Shown one piece after another: positions 40,170 through 54,017 of a DNA stretch of 62,724 nt (position 1 is its first letter; each line of letters starts with the position of its first letter). Source of the DNA: Carcharhinus longimanus (lineage: Eukaryota). The stretch is taken from positions 6,716,083 through 6,778,806 of the forward strand of contig JASCQW010000032.1 of NCBI GenBank assembly GCA_030264375.1. The letters are read 5' to 3'. The position numbers and the translations under genes are program-made. The notes under the pieces were generated by a model. The model was given only the letters and a program-made list of their open reading frames with translations. It did not search any database and was not told the origin of the DNA.

Positions 40170-40412
40170 GGAAATAACTATTACGAGGGAGGAAGTGCTA
40201 GGGCTTTTAGGTAGCGTAAGGACGGATAAAGCTCCNNNNNNNNNNNNNNNNNNNNNNNNNNNNNNNNNNNNNNNNNNNNNNNNNNNNNNNNNNNNNNNNN
40301 NNNNNNNNNNNNNNNNNNNNNNNNNNNNNNNNNNNGTAGGGTGATGTGGCGGCGCGGGCTTGTTGGGCCGAAGGGCCTGTTTCCCGTGCTGGGTTGTTCT
40401 TTGTTCTTTGAT
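40170..40412 (+). mobile_element. Young CR1 LINE collapsed around an N gap
   Basis: EITITREEVLGLLGSVRTDKA (CR1 ORF2) precedes the gap. A CpG-retaining tail gcgcgggcttgttgggccgaagggcctgtttcc follows it. Confidence 0.8.
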
Positions 40413-40640
40413 CATGAAATTACTACCCGAGGTTCTGCTTCTTAATGTCTTACCTAGCTCACTAAATTCAGGGCCCCATCCCTCTTTCTACCTATGTCAT
40501 TGGTACCAACATGAACCATGACCTCTGGCTTTACACCCACCCCCTTAAGAATATCCTGCAGGCATTCTGTAATATCCTTGAGCCTGATATCAGGGAGGCG
40601 ATGCCATCCTGCAATCATGTCTGCAGCTGCAGAAATGCTT
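40413..40640 (-). mobile_element. CR1 ORF1 (SGNH esterase) fragment
   Basis: KDITECLQDILKGVGVKPEVMVHVGTNDIGRKRD, containing the GxND block. Confidence 0.8.
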
Positions 40641-40670
40641 GTCTGTTCCTCACCATGTCTGGTGGAGAAC

Positions 40671-40930
40671 AGCAGTGCTACCTCACAACTCCATGGACCT
40701 AGGTTCAATTCTGGCTTCAGGTCACTGTCTGCGTGGAGTTTGCACATTCTCCCCATGTCTGTGTGGGTTTCTTCCCACAATCCAAAGATGTGCTGGTTAG
40801 GTTGACTGGCCATGCTAAATTGACCCTTAGTGTCAGGATGATTAGCGGGGTAAATGTGTGGGCTTGCAGGAATAGGGCCTAGGTGGGATTGGTCAGTGGT
40901 CAGTGCAGGCTCAATGATTCCTGCACTCTA
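40671..40930 (+). mobile_element. HE1/V-SINE
   Basis: ggtcactgtctgcgtggagtttgcacattctccccatgtctgtgtgggtt...ggccatgctaaattgacccttagtgtc. Confidence 0.9.
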
Positions 40931-41109
40931 GACCCCTGTACTTGTACTACCTGAAGCTCAGGTGAATCAACTCTGCTGCAGCTAAAGAAACCAAATTAAA
41001 GTCGTTACCTAATAAACTAATACAGCTGCTCTTCATCAGAAATTTAGGTTCCTTCCAGTCTGCAGGGACAAACAAATTCTAACTTAAACAGTAAATTTTA
41101 GTTTAATAC

Positions 41110-42010
41110 TAAATGCAAACGAGAGCTAGAAGCCAAGGTTGTCACAATTGTGAATTTTTCATAGCTTCCAATAAATTTGAGGATAAACTAATAACAGAGG
41201 CAAAACAAAAAAAAAGGGAGTTAGACAGCAGGAGAGGGTTAAGAGTTTACGCTGAAATACCAGATAAGAAGCAACAATTGTTGTCACAAGTTGATTTGTA
41301 CTGTAAAGGTCCATGGACTTCAAAAGCTAAAGTGAGAATGTTGCTAGCAGATTCAAAGAGTGAATGGGTGATAGTAGAATGGATATGCCCATAGCCGGAA
41401 AAGTAATCTCCCAAATCATTTATAGCTCTTCTGGCCACATATATTCATAGGAGCGCAGGTCTAATAAAATTTGCATTTCAGTAAGACAATACTTTTCAGA
41501 GATAGCATCTTCAAAGAGGCAGCGGGCACAGAAAAACAGGAATAAGGATAGAGTAGAATTAAAATTGTAAATCATGTTTGTGGGGCTTTGAAATTTATTG
41601 GTTCAGATATTGAGCAAAGTAGGTCTAAAATAATTTGAATTGTATTACTTCCATTCAGGTTAATCAGAGAAAGATGATGTATTATCCAAAGAGACAGTGA
41701 TTTTGAAGCTTGATTTATTTGTCAGTTGAAGTGGCTGTAGACTCAGATGCCTAATTTTGATATGTTAAGCAGCAGAATGGAGTAAAGTAGAAGATATTTT
41801 AAGGCAAATAAAAAAAGAAAATTGAAATTGGATAAACGCATGCTTATGTTCCCATCCTTACATGAGCCAAAAAACATGAAGCTAGTTAGTTCTGGTGATG
41901 TTTTACATGCTAATCTTCGCGATGGGTATTCCAGTGCAACTGGTTTAATAATACTTCTGATGGTTGAGAATGAGAAATATTGTCCTTTCGCATCAGAAGC
42001 TAAGATTGTT
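41110..42010 (+). mobile_element. Copia-order LTR retrotransposon relic, part 2 (RT, RNase H)
   Basis: EAKQKKRELDSRRGLRVYAEIPD, SKAKVRMLL (degenerate KARLVA) and LVSSGDVLHANLRDGYSSATGLIILL...CP (RNase H 'SDAS' region). Confidence 0.6.
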
Positions 42011-42881
42011 ACAAATGTTGGTTGTTGGGTTCCAAAGTAACGTACAACTCTCAATGTTTAGAAAAGTATTTAAAAAAAACTCCAGTTCTATCCTGCACCA
42101 CCTGACTCTCTGGAGTATAAATTTACTAAGAATGCACTCTTTCTTGCAACTATCATATATGTCAATGCAAATTAGTGTTTTATGATACACTTCATTGACC
42201 ACTAAATTATTTCACCCAGTGACAGACCTACAAACATTGGTACTTTACTCTATTGCTTTCCCTAGTGTCAGATCTTTAAAGGCAAGTACTACACACTATT
42301 GCTTTCCACTGGTGACAGACTTACAAGAACCAATACTTCACCCCGTATTACACAAGTGGGAAAGGTCACCTGGATGTTAGCTTGTAGGCTCAATCAGGCA
42401 GTCCAAAAAAATGTCAAGCCTGTCATTAAGTTAAATTTAAATCTTAATGATTACCCTGATCCATTTAGCTATTTGGAATCAATTAGACATGTGCATGGCT
42501 CTAAACCATCAGGCATTAACATACCACTGCCAGTATGTTAAAGTCTCACACAAAAGATTGAGAGAGGCCTGAATAATTACTAGTCTTCTTTTACACCTGC
42601 CGTCTGGACCAATGGATATTCTAATTGTTGTGAAAATTTGGTTGGAGAACGACATGTAAAGAAGCATGTTACTCTCACAAAAAGAGCAAAACAGGGAAAA
42701 AGAAAAAACAAAGCAGAAAGAATAATCACTCAATAATCCATTTTGATGGTTACAGCCCCGCAGAAATATAAAACAATAGCCTTGGACATGATCACATGGA
42801 GTCACGTGGAACCCTGAAACCCAGACGTGCAGTGAATTGACATCAACAGGCCGATGCACTCTACACATAGCCTCATACTTA

Positions 42882-43202
<321 letters not shown>

Positions 43203-44141
43203 TTAAACCTGGAGATCATGTTTTTCACGTATCTCCACATGTGCACTCTCCCCTTCTTAGATGTGAATACTTGTTGGCCATCTGTGATGGAAAAATAAAT
43301 TTCTTGACGCTCCCGGTTATCCCGGATAATGGACCTGGTATGAGATCATTGGTATCCTTTGCATCTGCTGGAAACAGACTGCATTACGGGACCCCACAAA
43401 CCAAGTCCAATATTTTCTTCCTACCACATGCCCTCACCCGATTCATTTCCATCTGGATGTTAAATAAATGAGCAAGTGTCTACATTACAAAAGCTTAACT
43501 TCTACTAAAACACAATGTGTCCCTATCCAAACCTGCTGATTCTGCTCAACTTTCAACCAAACAGGAGAAGCAGTTAGAAATAGGAAATGGTGAAACCTTT
43601 TCTTCCCTCATTTTGGAGCATTCTCCCCTTAAGCTTACCACCATCATGAGATGAAGTGTAAAGGATGAACACTGCAAGAGAATTTTTTTTTTAAATTTGC
43701 AGAAAATTATGCTGAAAGTACAAGGGGTTTGTATTGGTGGCATCTACTATCTTCCAGCAAACTCTGGCTCCTGATTTCAGAACCATTTAGCATCCAGTTT
43801 CCAAGCCACAGATAGAAACTTGTATGAGCTATAATATATTGCAGCAGAAGAAACCAGACAAATACGCCAACAAAAGCAAGGAGTTTCAAAATAAAAATAT
43901 GATTAATTTGCTATAAATACTGCACTACTGTCAACATACACCCACTACTAATGTCATTTCTGGGAAATGCGCCACAATAAATCTCAGAGGAACAAACAGA
44001 ACCTCCTTCCCACAGCAGCAAACTACTCACTGCATGAAGGATGGAATTTGAAAAAAAATGATAACTTTTTTGATGGGTAGCTGATTGAAATGGAATATAA
44101 TCCAAGTTTTGAGAACAAATAACTGTAGGTTAACAGAATTA

Positions 44142-44387
<246 letters not shown>

Positions 44388-44589
44388 CTAACAAAAAAAA
44401 ATCAATGCGCAAAAAGTATCCTGTTAGTGCAAGTGTTAATGAAAGTTATCCAGTTAGTGTAATTTTGCTATCATAGTTCCCACGTTCTACTGAAGTTAAA
44501 GTTCTTGTATCGCAACAGTGGCTACACTTCAAAAGGATGTCAATTTGGACAAGAAGATTGAGAAGTGCAAGTTCTTTCACAGAATTGTC

Positions 44590-44889
44590 GAATCCATACA
44601 GAACAAGAGGCCAATTGACCCATCGAGTCTGCACCGACCACAATCCCACCTAGGCCCTCTCCCCATAACCCCATGTATTTATCCTTCAAGCCCTCCCGAC
44701 ACTGAGGGGCAATTCAGCTTGGCCAATCCATCCAAATGGCACATCTTTTAACTGTGGGAGGAAACTGGAGCACCCAGAGAAAACCCGTGCTGACAAGGGG
44801 GGAATGTGCAAACTCCACAGTCACCCGAGGCCAGAATTGAACCCAAGTCCTTGTACTGTGAAGCAGGAGTACTAACCATGGTGCCACCC
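44590..44889 (-). mobile_element. HE1/V-SINE
   Basis: catcgagtctgcaccgaccacaatcccacctaggccct...gggaggaaactggagcacccagag...ctaaccatggtgccaccc. Confidence 0.9.
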
Positions 44890-45038
44890 ATTTCTTGAGA
44901 GCTCATGAATTTGGGTAGATCTGGAATCTCGATTGGCGGATAGTGAAGGTGGACAGAAAACTGGGTTTAAACAAAGGNNNNNNNNNNNNNNNNNNNNNNN
45001 NNNNNNNNNNNNNNNNNNNNNNNNNNNNNNNNNNNNNN

Positions 45039-45095
45039 GAGAACAGAACGAGGGGGGAGAAGAGAACAGAACGAGGGGGGAGAAGAGAACAGAGG
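45039..45095 (+). repeat. Purine-rich 23-bp tandem repeat (gagaacagaacgaggggggagaa) running into a gap
   Basis: About 2.5 visible units, adjacent to the N run at 44978-45038. Confidence 0.8.
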
Positions 45096-45199
45096 GAAGG
45101 AAAGGATAGAAGGAAAATGAGAAGTGGCAACCTGGTAACAAACAGTTTTGTGACCAAATATGCAATGTGGCTTTGGGGAACAAACAGGATAAATATACG

Positions 45200-45478
45200 G
45201 ATTGCTGGAAAATCTTAGCAGGTCTGGCAACATCTGCAGGAAGAGGAGACGGAATGAAGTCCATTTGCCCCTTCTTCACAATTAAAGAGAGAGAAAATGT
45301 GTTGGATATTACACGAGAGATTTTACATGGGAGAGATTACAATAACAAGAAACAGATGGCATGAAACAGGGAGATGAGTTCACATCAAGACAAAAAACAT
45401 ATGGAACATAAAGAGGTTAAAATGGAGGAGAAAGGTCACACTCTAAAGTTGTTGAACTCAATGTTGAGTTCGGAGGTT
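45200..45478 (-). mobile_element. Penelope-like element 3' remnant
   Basis: The - strand encodes LNIEFNNFRV* and ends in cagatgttgccagacctgctaagattttccagca. Confidence 0.65.
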
Positions 45479-45486
45479 TTGACTTA

Positions 45487-45819
45487 GGATCCCTACAGTA
45501 CAGAAAGAGGCCATTCGGTCTATCAAGTCTGCACTGACCACAATCCCACCCAGGCTCTACCCCCATATCCCTACATATTTATCCACTAATCCCTCTAATC
45601 TGTACATCTCAGGACACTAAGGGCAATTTTAGCATGGCCAATCAACCTAAACCGCACGTTTTTGGACTGTGGCAGGAAACTGGAGCGCTTAAAGGAAACC
45701 CACACAGACACAAGGAGAATGTGCAAACTCCACACAGACAGTGACCCAAGCCGGGAATTGAACACAGGTCCCTTCAGCTGTGAAGCAGCGGTGCTAACCA
45801 TGGTGCTACCGTGCTGCCC
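45487..45819 (-). mobile_element. HE1/V-SINE, full length
   Basis: Complete head (gggcagcacggtagcaccatggttagc), V domain and tail. Confidence 0.92.
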
Positions 45820-46489
45820 TGTGCTACCGTTTTAACGTGCCTAAGCAAAGAGGAGCAGCATTTCATACAGATGCTGCTACACCTGTTGAGTATATGGTTT
45901 TCCATTTTCCAGCATTTGCAGTACTTTGCTTATTTTTGCTGAAGACAATATAAAGGGTACGAAACTCAAGCTCAGAAAATATATTCTGCATTTTATCAAT
46001 CTGAAACGTTAACTGTTTCTCTCCACAGATGCTGTCAGACCTACTTTTGTTTTCATTTCAGATTTATCGGCAGTATCTTGCTTCTGAATGAAAACTTTAA
46101 ACTGGTTTGATTGGGACACCAAGGACCAATGTAAATCAGCATGGGCTGGAGTGATGCTTGAACGGTATGTTTTTTGCTGTTGACCATGTATAGCCCTCCT
46201 TCAGTAATGATTCAGTACTCCTCCAAACTGAACCTGAAAAGGGCAGTTGCGATATGAACATGGGCAGACTGGTGCTGGCAGCACAATGTTTGTGGATTAA
46301 TGATCTAGAGACACAAATTAAAGACGGAAGGAGGTGAAAATAACTTGGCTTAAATTAGTTAATTCATTGGACCTGAGATTGAACCAATTCTTTCTTGGTC
46401 TAAACACACAAAATGTTGGATAAACACAGTAGATCTGGCCGTATCTGTGGAGAGATCCACATGGTTCTACTGACAGTGATTCATGTGAC

Positions 46490-48290
46490 TCAAATGAATA
46501 GTGCTGTACCCAATTCAGATCCTAGTTAATTCAGAACTTTGAAATAATGTAATTATTGAAATTAATATTTAAAATATTTAATAAATTTGGAATAAAATGC
46601 CAGTCTCATTAATAATGATCATGAAACCAATTAGATTGTCATAAAAAACCACCTAGTTTATTAATGTCCTTCAGGGGAGGAAATGCTGTTCTTGCCTTGT
46701 CAGGCCTACATGCGATACCCAGACCTACAGGAACGTGGTTAGTTCTTAAATGCCCTCTAAAATAGCCTAACAAGCCACTCAGTTGTATCAAACCATTACA
46801 GGAAAGTTGAACATTAAAACTGGACTGCCCAGCATGGACCTAGGTGCTGGAAATAACAAAGGCATACCCTGCTCCATTGAATCTGAAAGGTCTTCCTCTC
46901 TCTCATCTAGGAGAGAAATCTCACAGACTGAGTTAGACTAACNNNNNNNNNNAATGATATCTTACAGCCAATGCCCTAGATCCCAGTCCCTGGTGATTTC
47001 CTCTCCCACCAGCAGGACACACGCACCAGAGTTGGCAGCACAATACACAATCAGGAGACAGAGACTCGGGAATCCTCAAAGTGGACTCCAGACCCCATGT
47101 AGTCTCATATCATTTTAAAACTTTATTTAATAGTGTCATAAATAGGCATACATTAACACTGCAATGAAAGTCCTGTGAAAATCCCCTAGTCACCACACTC
47201 TGGCACCTGTTCAGATATANNNNNNNNNNACCCAACGCTGAGGCAGCAGTGCTAACCACTCTGACACCATGCCACCCTGTTACAGGCAGGCAAGGAAATC
47301 CCTAAATTATCACCTACTGCCCTCTGACAGCTGATGAACCAGCATTCCATGTCAAATGACACTTGGAAGAAGCATCAGGGGTGACATTGAGGGGGGCTCA
47401 GCAGCACCAAACTGAATTCTGAAGAATATATATGGGTCTACAGTAGGTGGTGAATGAATCCAAATGACAGGAGAATCCTGCTTGATTTGTCCTCTCAAAT
47501 CTACCTGCCACAGATACCAATTGTGTCATGGACAGATGTTATCATGACCACCACACAGTCCTTATGAGACTAAGTCCCATATTCTCAGAGAATATACTCC
47601 ATCACGTTGTGTGACACAAGTGAAAAGTGATTTACTGGCCCTAAAACCAAGTAACGATGGAGGCGCTGCGAGACTTCACCAGGAACAGAACTGCATTCAA
47701 TCACAAACTGTAAGCTCATGGCCTGGAATACCCTTTACTTGACCATCATCAAGCAAGGACCAACTCTGGTTCAATGAGGCATGGAGGAGAGTATGAATTG
47801 CCTACCCAGTAAAGCTTGTCAGACACGAAAGAGAATGTACAGACAGATCTAACTAACCCCATAACTAACAGACCAGATTGTAGTTCTGCAGTCCTGCCAC
47901 ATCCAGTTGCGAATGTCGGTGAGCAATTGAAGTGGAGGAGGCGGCTCCTCAAATATTCACATCTTCAATGATGGCAGCCCCAAGTAACCTGGTGATGTGA
48001 GACTTCTCATAGTGCCAAGTATTTCAGTGAAAAAAGACAGACATTTTCAATCATCTTCAGCCAGAAGTGCCAAATGGAAGATCCATTTTGGCCTCTGCCT
48101 GAGGTCCTTACCATCACATGCCATTCTTTAGATAATTTGATTTATTCCATTTGGTACCAAGAAATGGATGAAAATACTGGATATGGTCCCTGACAACAGG
48201 TGCTCCAGAACAAATTAAACCCCTAGCAAAACTAATTCAGTACAGTTGCAACACTGACATCTCCCAGGCCATGTGGAAAATTGTGGCTGG
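46490..48290 (+). mobile_element. Old non-LTR retroelement (SINE-like head plus degenerate EN/RT), interrupted by a V-SINE at about 47123-47278
   Basis: The head is shared with 12790-13060. The body contains catcttcagccagaagtgcc and gtacagttgcaacactgacatc...atgtggaaaattg (CR1-clade pre-RT region). Confidence 0.6.
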
Positions 48291-50559
48291 TGTAAAACTA
48301 AAACAGTTCCATTTTAAATCATGTTAGATGTTTGTTTGGCAAATATACGTCAGAATTCTATGTACCAACAGAGGGTGTAAGGATTTTAATAAAATTAATG
48401 TATGTAGCTAAGACAATACAATGTCATATGTGGCTCGTCAGTGATTTATATTTGACAACATTAATCGAGCAAGACTTGCTGCATCAGGAAAAGGGATAAA
48501 TGGTGGTGGTGGTGGGGAGCGAGAGAGTGTGCACGCGAGTGAGCGAGCAAGAGAGCGAGCATGTACTGTTTTCAAAGCAGCAATTTCACAGATGTGCATA
48601 ATAGGCAATACGTAACTAACCCCTATAGCAAAACTCTATGCACGAGTTCTGCTAGCCAGATTATTGCTGCAAGAAAGCCTGGCTTCTGAGGAAAGGTCCC
48701 TACATATTTCAGTGTTCAGAATGTATTTCCTGGATTATCTCTTGCCAGTAATGAGCAGCGAAGATGAGGAGAATATCTCCCTTCTGCTCCTAGGGAACAT
48801 CTAAAAGTTTTTCACACATACTTCTGTGAGTACTTTTGAAGTATAACTTAAAGTTGCATACTAGAGTTTTTGCCTAGTGTTTAATAAACACACAAAATAA
48901 TTAAGTATTCAGCAATTAAGCATGTAACTCAATCTAAATGCATTGCTAGAATTGAAAATTGTTGGTGAACTTATGCCTTCAGCAGTGTAGAGCATAAATG
49001 CTATACAGATGAGTTGAGTCAAAGGTCTGTAGCCTTCATGTAACTATTGCTGAAATAATAATTTTTCCATAGCAGGCCATTTTAACAGCAACTTTATCGA
49101 TCATATCTTTTCTTCAAATGAAAAATATAGGTAACAGCAACTTTCTTCCTTAGCATGTTCACACTTGGGTTGGAATTCATACAAGTTCTGCACAATGTTA
49201 CAAAAGCAAATCAGTAATGTAATCAATAACACTCATAGCAGCATGCTTTAGAATTTCTAACAATTGCAGGATAATTGGAAATGCAGAAATAAATGAAAAT
49301 ATACAGCTGGTGTGTGTTGACAAGCACCAAGGAAAGCCAGTCTTACAGATCAACCAGTCATTCAACCAAATGTTGTCTGTGGGACTTTGTCACATATGCA
49401 ATATGGTTGCTGAGTTTCCTATATGCTGCAAATCAAGGTTTTAGATCCCCCGAGATGCATCATAAGGTGCAAATGCAAATTCATTCTTTCTTGCTAAAAG
49501 GTGTTCAACTTCAACATGCAAATATTGCCACATCATCACTCAAGAGGCATGGATCAAGAGCAGGATAAAGCCAATTTTTTTTAAAGGGTTGCAGGTGGCC
49601 AGGGATCTAGACCAACTCTCCAAACTGATTGCAAACGAGGTCTTAACTGGCCTACATTCTCTTTCCCTCCTGACAGGAAACAGCATTAGGGTTCAAGGAA
49701 TTGGAACACACCAAAAATGTATACACATTAATCTACTTTTGAGCTAGCTACTTAATGTTCCAAATTGGATCAACATAAAGAGCAGAAACTACAAGGATTT
49801 CTCTCTCTCTTCATTCCTACTAAATCCGACATTAATTTCATTGGACAGCACAATAACATTACGGGCATATCATAACTTAATCAGTTAAAGAAAGGACAGC
49901 AGTACCAATAAATAAAGTGCTTTACTTGGCCTTTAAAGTAGTTTTTTTATATTGTATAATATGGTGGAATCCTACACTACACGCCTCACTAAGAAACTGA
50001 AACACTTTCACCTAAGTTGCCTGATACGATGGTGGGAAGGCATGATTCCTCACACTGAAGTTGACGTGATGATCATTGGTTCTCTAAGCATGGGGACACC
50101 AATAAGATGATCAGGTCATTTGATGTGAATGTATGATGAACTAAACCCAAAGATTCTTTTTGCCATGCTGACAGCTGGACAGTGACCTCATGGTGGACTG
50201 CAAAAGAGATATTGAGCACTTAATAGTTACTCAACAGTACAAAATATACATCCATAAGAGGGAACAATTGTTCACGGTGAGAGTACAGCAAAAGGAAATA
50301 CATGCAAATACCACCTATGGAGGTCATATTGCCAATGCTGAACGCAAACGTTAACTGAAGACCTGCCTGAAAAATCAGCATCCACTGTTCACGATGCATG
50401 TTCAATACTAGGAAAAGATCAATCTCAACCATCATTTAAAAGATTCACTGGTTCTGCTTTTTTAAAAAAAATTTTGAATGACCAAATATCTAAATTAACA
50501 CTACAAAACACTACCAAGTTACCACCAACACGTCTCCTGCTCCACCAGAGGCCCAAACA

Positions 50560-51410
50560 TCCTAGACCACTGCTACACAAATATCAAACATGCCTACCGC
50601 ACTTTGGCGAATCAGACCACAAGGCTGTACTCTGCTCCCAGCTTACAAGCAAAAACTAAGCTGGAGAATCCCTGAGAGAGAGCTGTGCAATGTTGGTCTG
50701 AGGAATTAGATGATCTCTTATGGGGCTGCTTGGAGTCACTGGACTGATCATATTTAAAAACTCTGCGACCAGCCTGAATGAGTACGCCTCTACAGTAACT
50801 GACTTCATTAGTAAGTGTGTAGAAAATTGTGCGCCAAGAAAGCAAATGTGTGTGTTCCCCAACCAGAAACCATGGATGAACACAAATATCCACAGCTTGT
50901 TGGAGCCCAGGTCTGAGGCATTCAAGTCAGGCGACACTGACCTATACAAGAAAGCCAGATGCGATCTCAGGGGATCCATCAAAGATGCCAAATACCGGAC
51001 CAAGCTAGAGTCCCAGGCTAGCCACACCAACCCCTGCCAACTATGGCAAGACATAACAGGCTACAAAATGAAGTCATAAAATCACCAGCACTAATGCACC
51101 CCTCCCCGATGAACTCAATGCATTCTATGCCCGTTTTGAGCAAGAGGTGAGCGACAGCATGCCCTCCACCCTGGAAGAACCTGTATCTGTGGTCACCATT
51201 GCAGATGTCAGGGCAACTTTCTTGAAGAACCACCCATGGAAAACAACTGGCCTGGATAGGGTACCCGGACATGTACTCAGATCCTACGTGGATCAGCTAG
51301 CGGAGGTATTCACAGAAATCTTCAACCTCTCTTTACAACAATCTGAGGTCCCTATCTGCTTCAAGATGATGACCATTATCCCAGTGCCTAAGAGAAAGCA
51401 AGCAGCGTTT
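50560..51410 (+). mobile_element. Rex1/Babar-type LINE, internal segment A
   Basis: PHFGESDHKAVL (endonuclease end), VFPNQKPWMN, and VDQLAEVFTEIFNLSLQQSEVPICFK..IIPVPK. Confidence 0.85.
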
Positions 51411-51411
51411 C

Positions 51412-52893
51412 TTTGATTTGATTGTCACATATTAACATTCAGTGAGAAGTATTGTTTCTTGTGCACTCGATGGACAAAATATGCCATAAGGAGGAAACAA
51501 GAGAGTGCAGAATGTAGTGTTACAATCATAGGTAGGGCATAGAGAAAGATCAACTTAATGCAAGGTAAGCCCATTCAAAAGTCTGATAGCAGCAGGGAAG
51601 AAGCTATTCTTCAGTCGGTTGGCATGTGACCTCAGACTTTTACATCTTTTTCCCAAAGGAAGGAGGTGGAAGAGAGAAAGTCCGAGATGCTTGGGATCCT
51701 TAATTATACTAGCTGCTTTGCTGAGGCAGCGGGAAGTGTAGACACAGTCAATGAATGAGTGGCTGGTTTGCATGATCGATTAGGCTACATTCACGACCTT
51801 TTGTCAAGCCTTGTGGTCTTAGGCAGAGCAGGAGCCATACCAAGCTGTGATACAATCTGAAAGAATGTTTTCTATGGTGCATCTATAAAAGTTGGTGAGA
51901 GTCGTAGCTGACATGCTAAAGTTCCTTAGTCTGCTGAGAAAGTAGAGGCATTAGTGGGCTTTCTTAACTATAATGTCGGCATGGGGGGGGGAAAAAGAGG
52001 AGAGGGAGAGAGAGATCAGGACAGATTGGTGGTGATTTGGACACTTAAAAACCTGAAGCTCTTGTTCTATTTCATCCCCATTGATGTAGACAGGGGCACG
52101 TTCTTCTTTACATTTCCTGAAGTTGATGACAATCGCCTTCGTTTTATTGACATTGAGGGAGAGATTATTGTTGCTGCACCAGTTGACCAGATTTTCTAAC
52201 TCATTCCTGTACTCTGTCACCTCATTGTTTGAATCCAACCCACTACGATGACGTTGTCAGCAAACTCGAAAATTGAGTTGGATGAGAATTTGGCCGCACA
52301 GTCCTAGGTGTACAAGGAGTATAGTAGGGGGCTGAGAACACAACCTTATGGGGCACCAGTGTTGAGGATGATTGTATAATTGCCTATCCTTACTGATTGT
52401 GATCTGTGAGCTCCGAAGTTCAGAGTCCAGTTGCAGAGGGAGGTGCCTAGGCCCAGCCCACAGAGTTTGGAGATGAGTTTTGTGGGAATAATAGTGTTGA
52501 AGGCTGAGCTGTAGTCAATAAAAAGGAGTCTGACATAGGTATCCTTGTAATCTAGGTGTTCCAGGGTTGAGTGCAGGACAAGGGAAATGGTGTCTGCTAT
52601 TGCGGCGGTAGGCAAACTGTAGTGGATCCAGGAAGTCCGGGAGGCTGGAATTAATACGTGCCATAGATAGCCTTCTGAAGCTCTTCATAATGATGGATGT
52701 CAGAGCCACTGGCCGATCATCCTACAGGCACGCTACTTGGTTTTTCTTAAGTACTGGGATGATGGCTGTCGTCTTGAAGCAGATAGGGACCTCAGATTGT
52801 TGCAAAGAGAAATTGAAGCTGTGTGTAAATACCTCCATCAGCTGATCTGCGTAGGATCTGAGTACACATCCGGGTACACCATCTGGGCCAGTT
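51412..52893 (-). mobile_element. Rex1/Babar-type LINE, segment B (3'-complete, antisense)
   Basis: [54 protein letters not shown] and RLKNSFFP. The tail caaatcaaa is at 51412. Confidence 0.9.
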
Positions 52894-52904
52894 AGTCATG
52901 GCAA

Positions 52905-53910
52905 GACTGGATCCTAAACTTCCTAACTCACAGACCACAGTCAGTAAGGGTAGGCAACAACACGTCCTCCACAATCATCCTCAACACCAAAGTCCCACAA
53001 GGCTGTATTCTCAGCCCCCTTCTATACTCCTTATATACCTATGACTGGTGCGGCCAAATTCCCCTCCAATTCGATTTTCAGGTTTGCTGATGACACCATC
53101 ATAGTGGGTCAGATCTCAAACAATGACGTGACAGAGTAGCAGGAATGAGATAGAGAATCGGGTAAACTGGTGCAGCAACAATAATCTCTTCCTCAATGGC
53201 AACAAAATGAAGGAGATTGTCACTGACTTCAGGACACGGAAAGGAGAACATGCCCCTGTCTATATCAATGGGGATAAAGTAGAAAGGGTCGAGAGCTTCA
53301 AGTTTTTAGGTGTCCAGGTCACCCACAACCTGTCCTGGTCCCCCCCATACTGACACTATGGTTAAGCAAGCCCACCAACATCTCCACTTTCTCACATGTC
53401 AGCCAAGACGCTCACCAACTTTCAGAGATGCACCATAGAAAGCATTCTTTCTGGTTGTATCACAGCCTGGTATGGCTCCTGCTCTGCCCAAGACTGTAAG
53501 GATCTACAAAAGGTTATGAATGTAGCCCAATCCATCACGCAAACCAGCCTCCCATCCATTGACTCCGTCTACACTTCCCACTATGTCGGCAAAGCAGCCA
53601 GCATAATTAAGGACCCCATACGCCCCAGACATTCTCTCTTCCACCTTCTTCCATCCGGAAAAAGATACAAAAGTCTGAGGTCACATGCCAAGCGACTCAA
53701 GAACAGCTTCTTCCCTGCTGCTTTCAGACTTTTAAATGGACTTGCCTTACATTAAGTTGATCTTTCGTTACACCCTAGCTTATGACCATAACACTATATT
53801 CTGCACTGTCTCGTTTTCTTCTCTATGAACAGTATGTTTTGTCTGTATAGCACGCCAGAAACAATATTTTTCACTCTATGTTAATACATGTGACAATAAA
53901 TCAAATCAAA
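52905..53910 (+). mobile_element. Rex1/Babar-type LINE, segment C (3'-complete)
   Basis: [37 protein letters not shown] and RLKNSFFP. The tail is aataaatcaaatcaaa. Confidence 0.9.
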
Positions 53911-54017
53911 AGGTTAAGCTCAGCATCTGAGCAGGTAGGCCAAACATACATGGGTCAGTTGACAGATCAGAATTTTTACAGAGTAATCAGCAATTATTCT
54001 TCTAGTCTCTTACTGGC

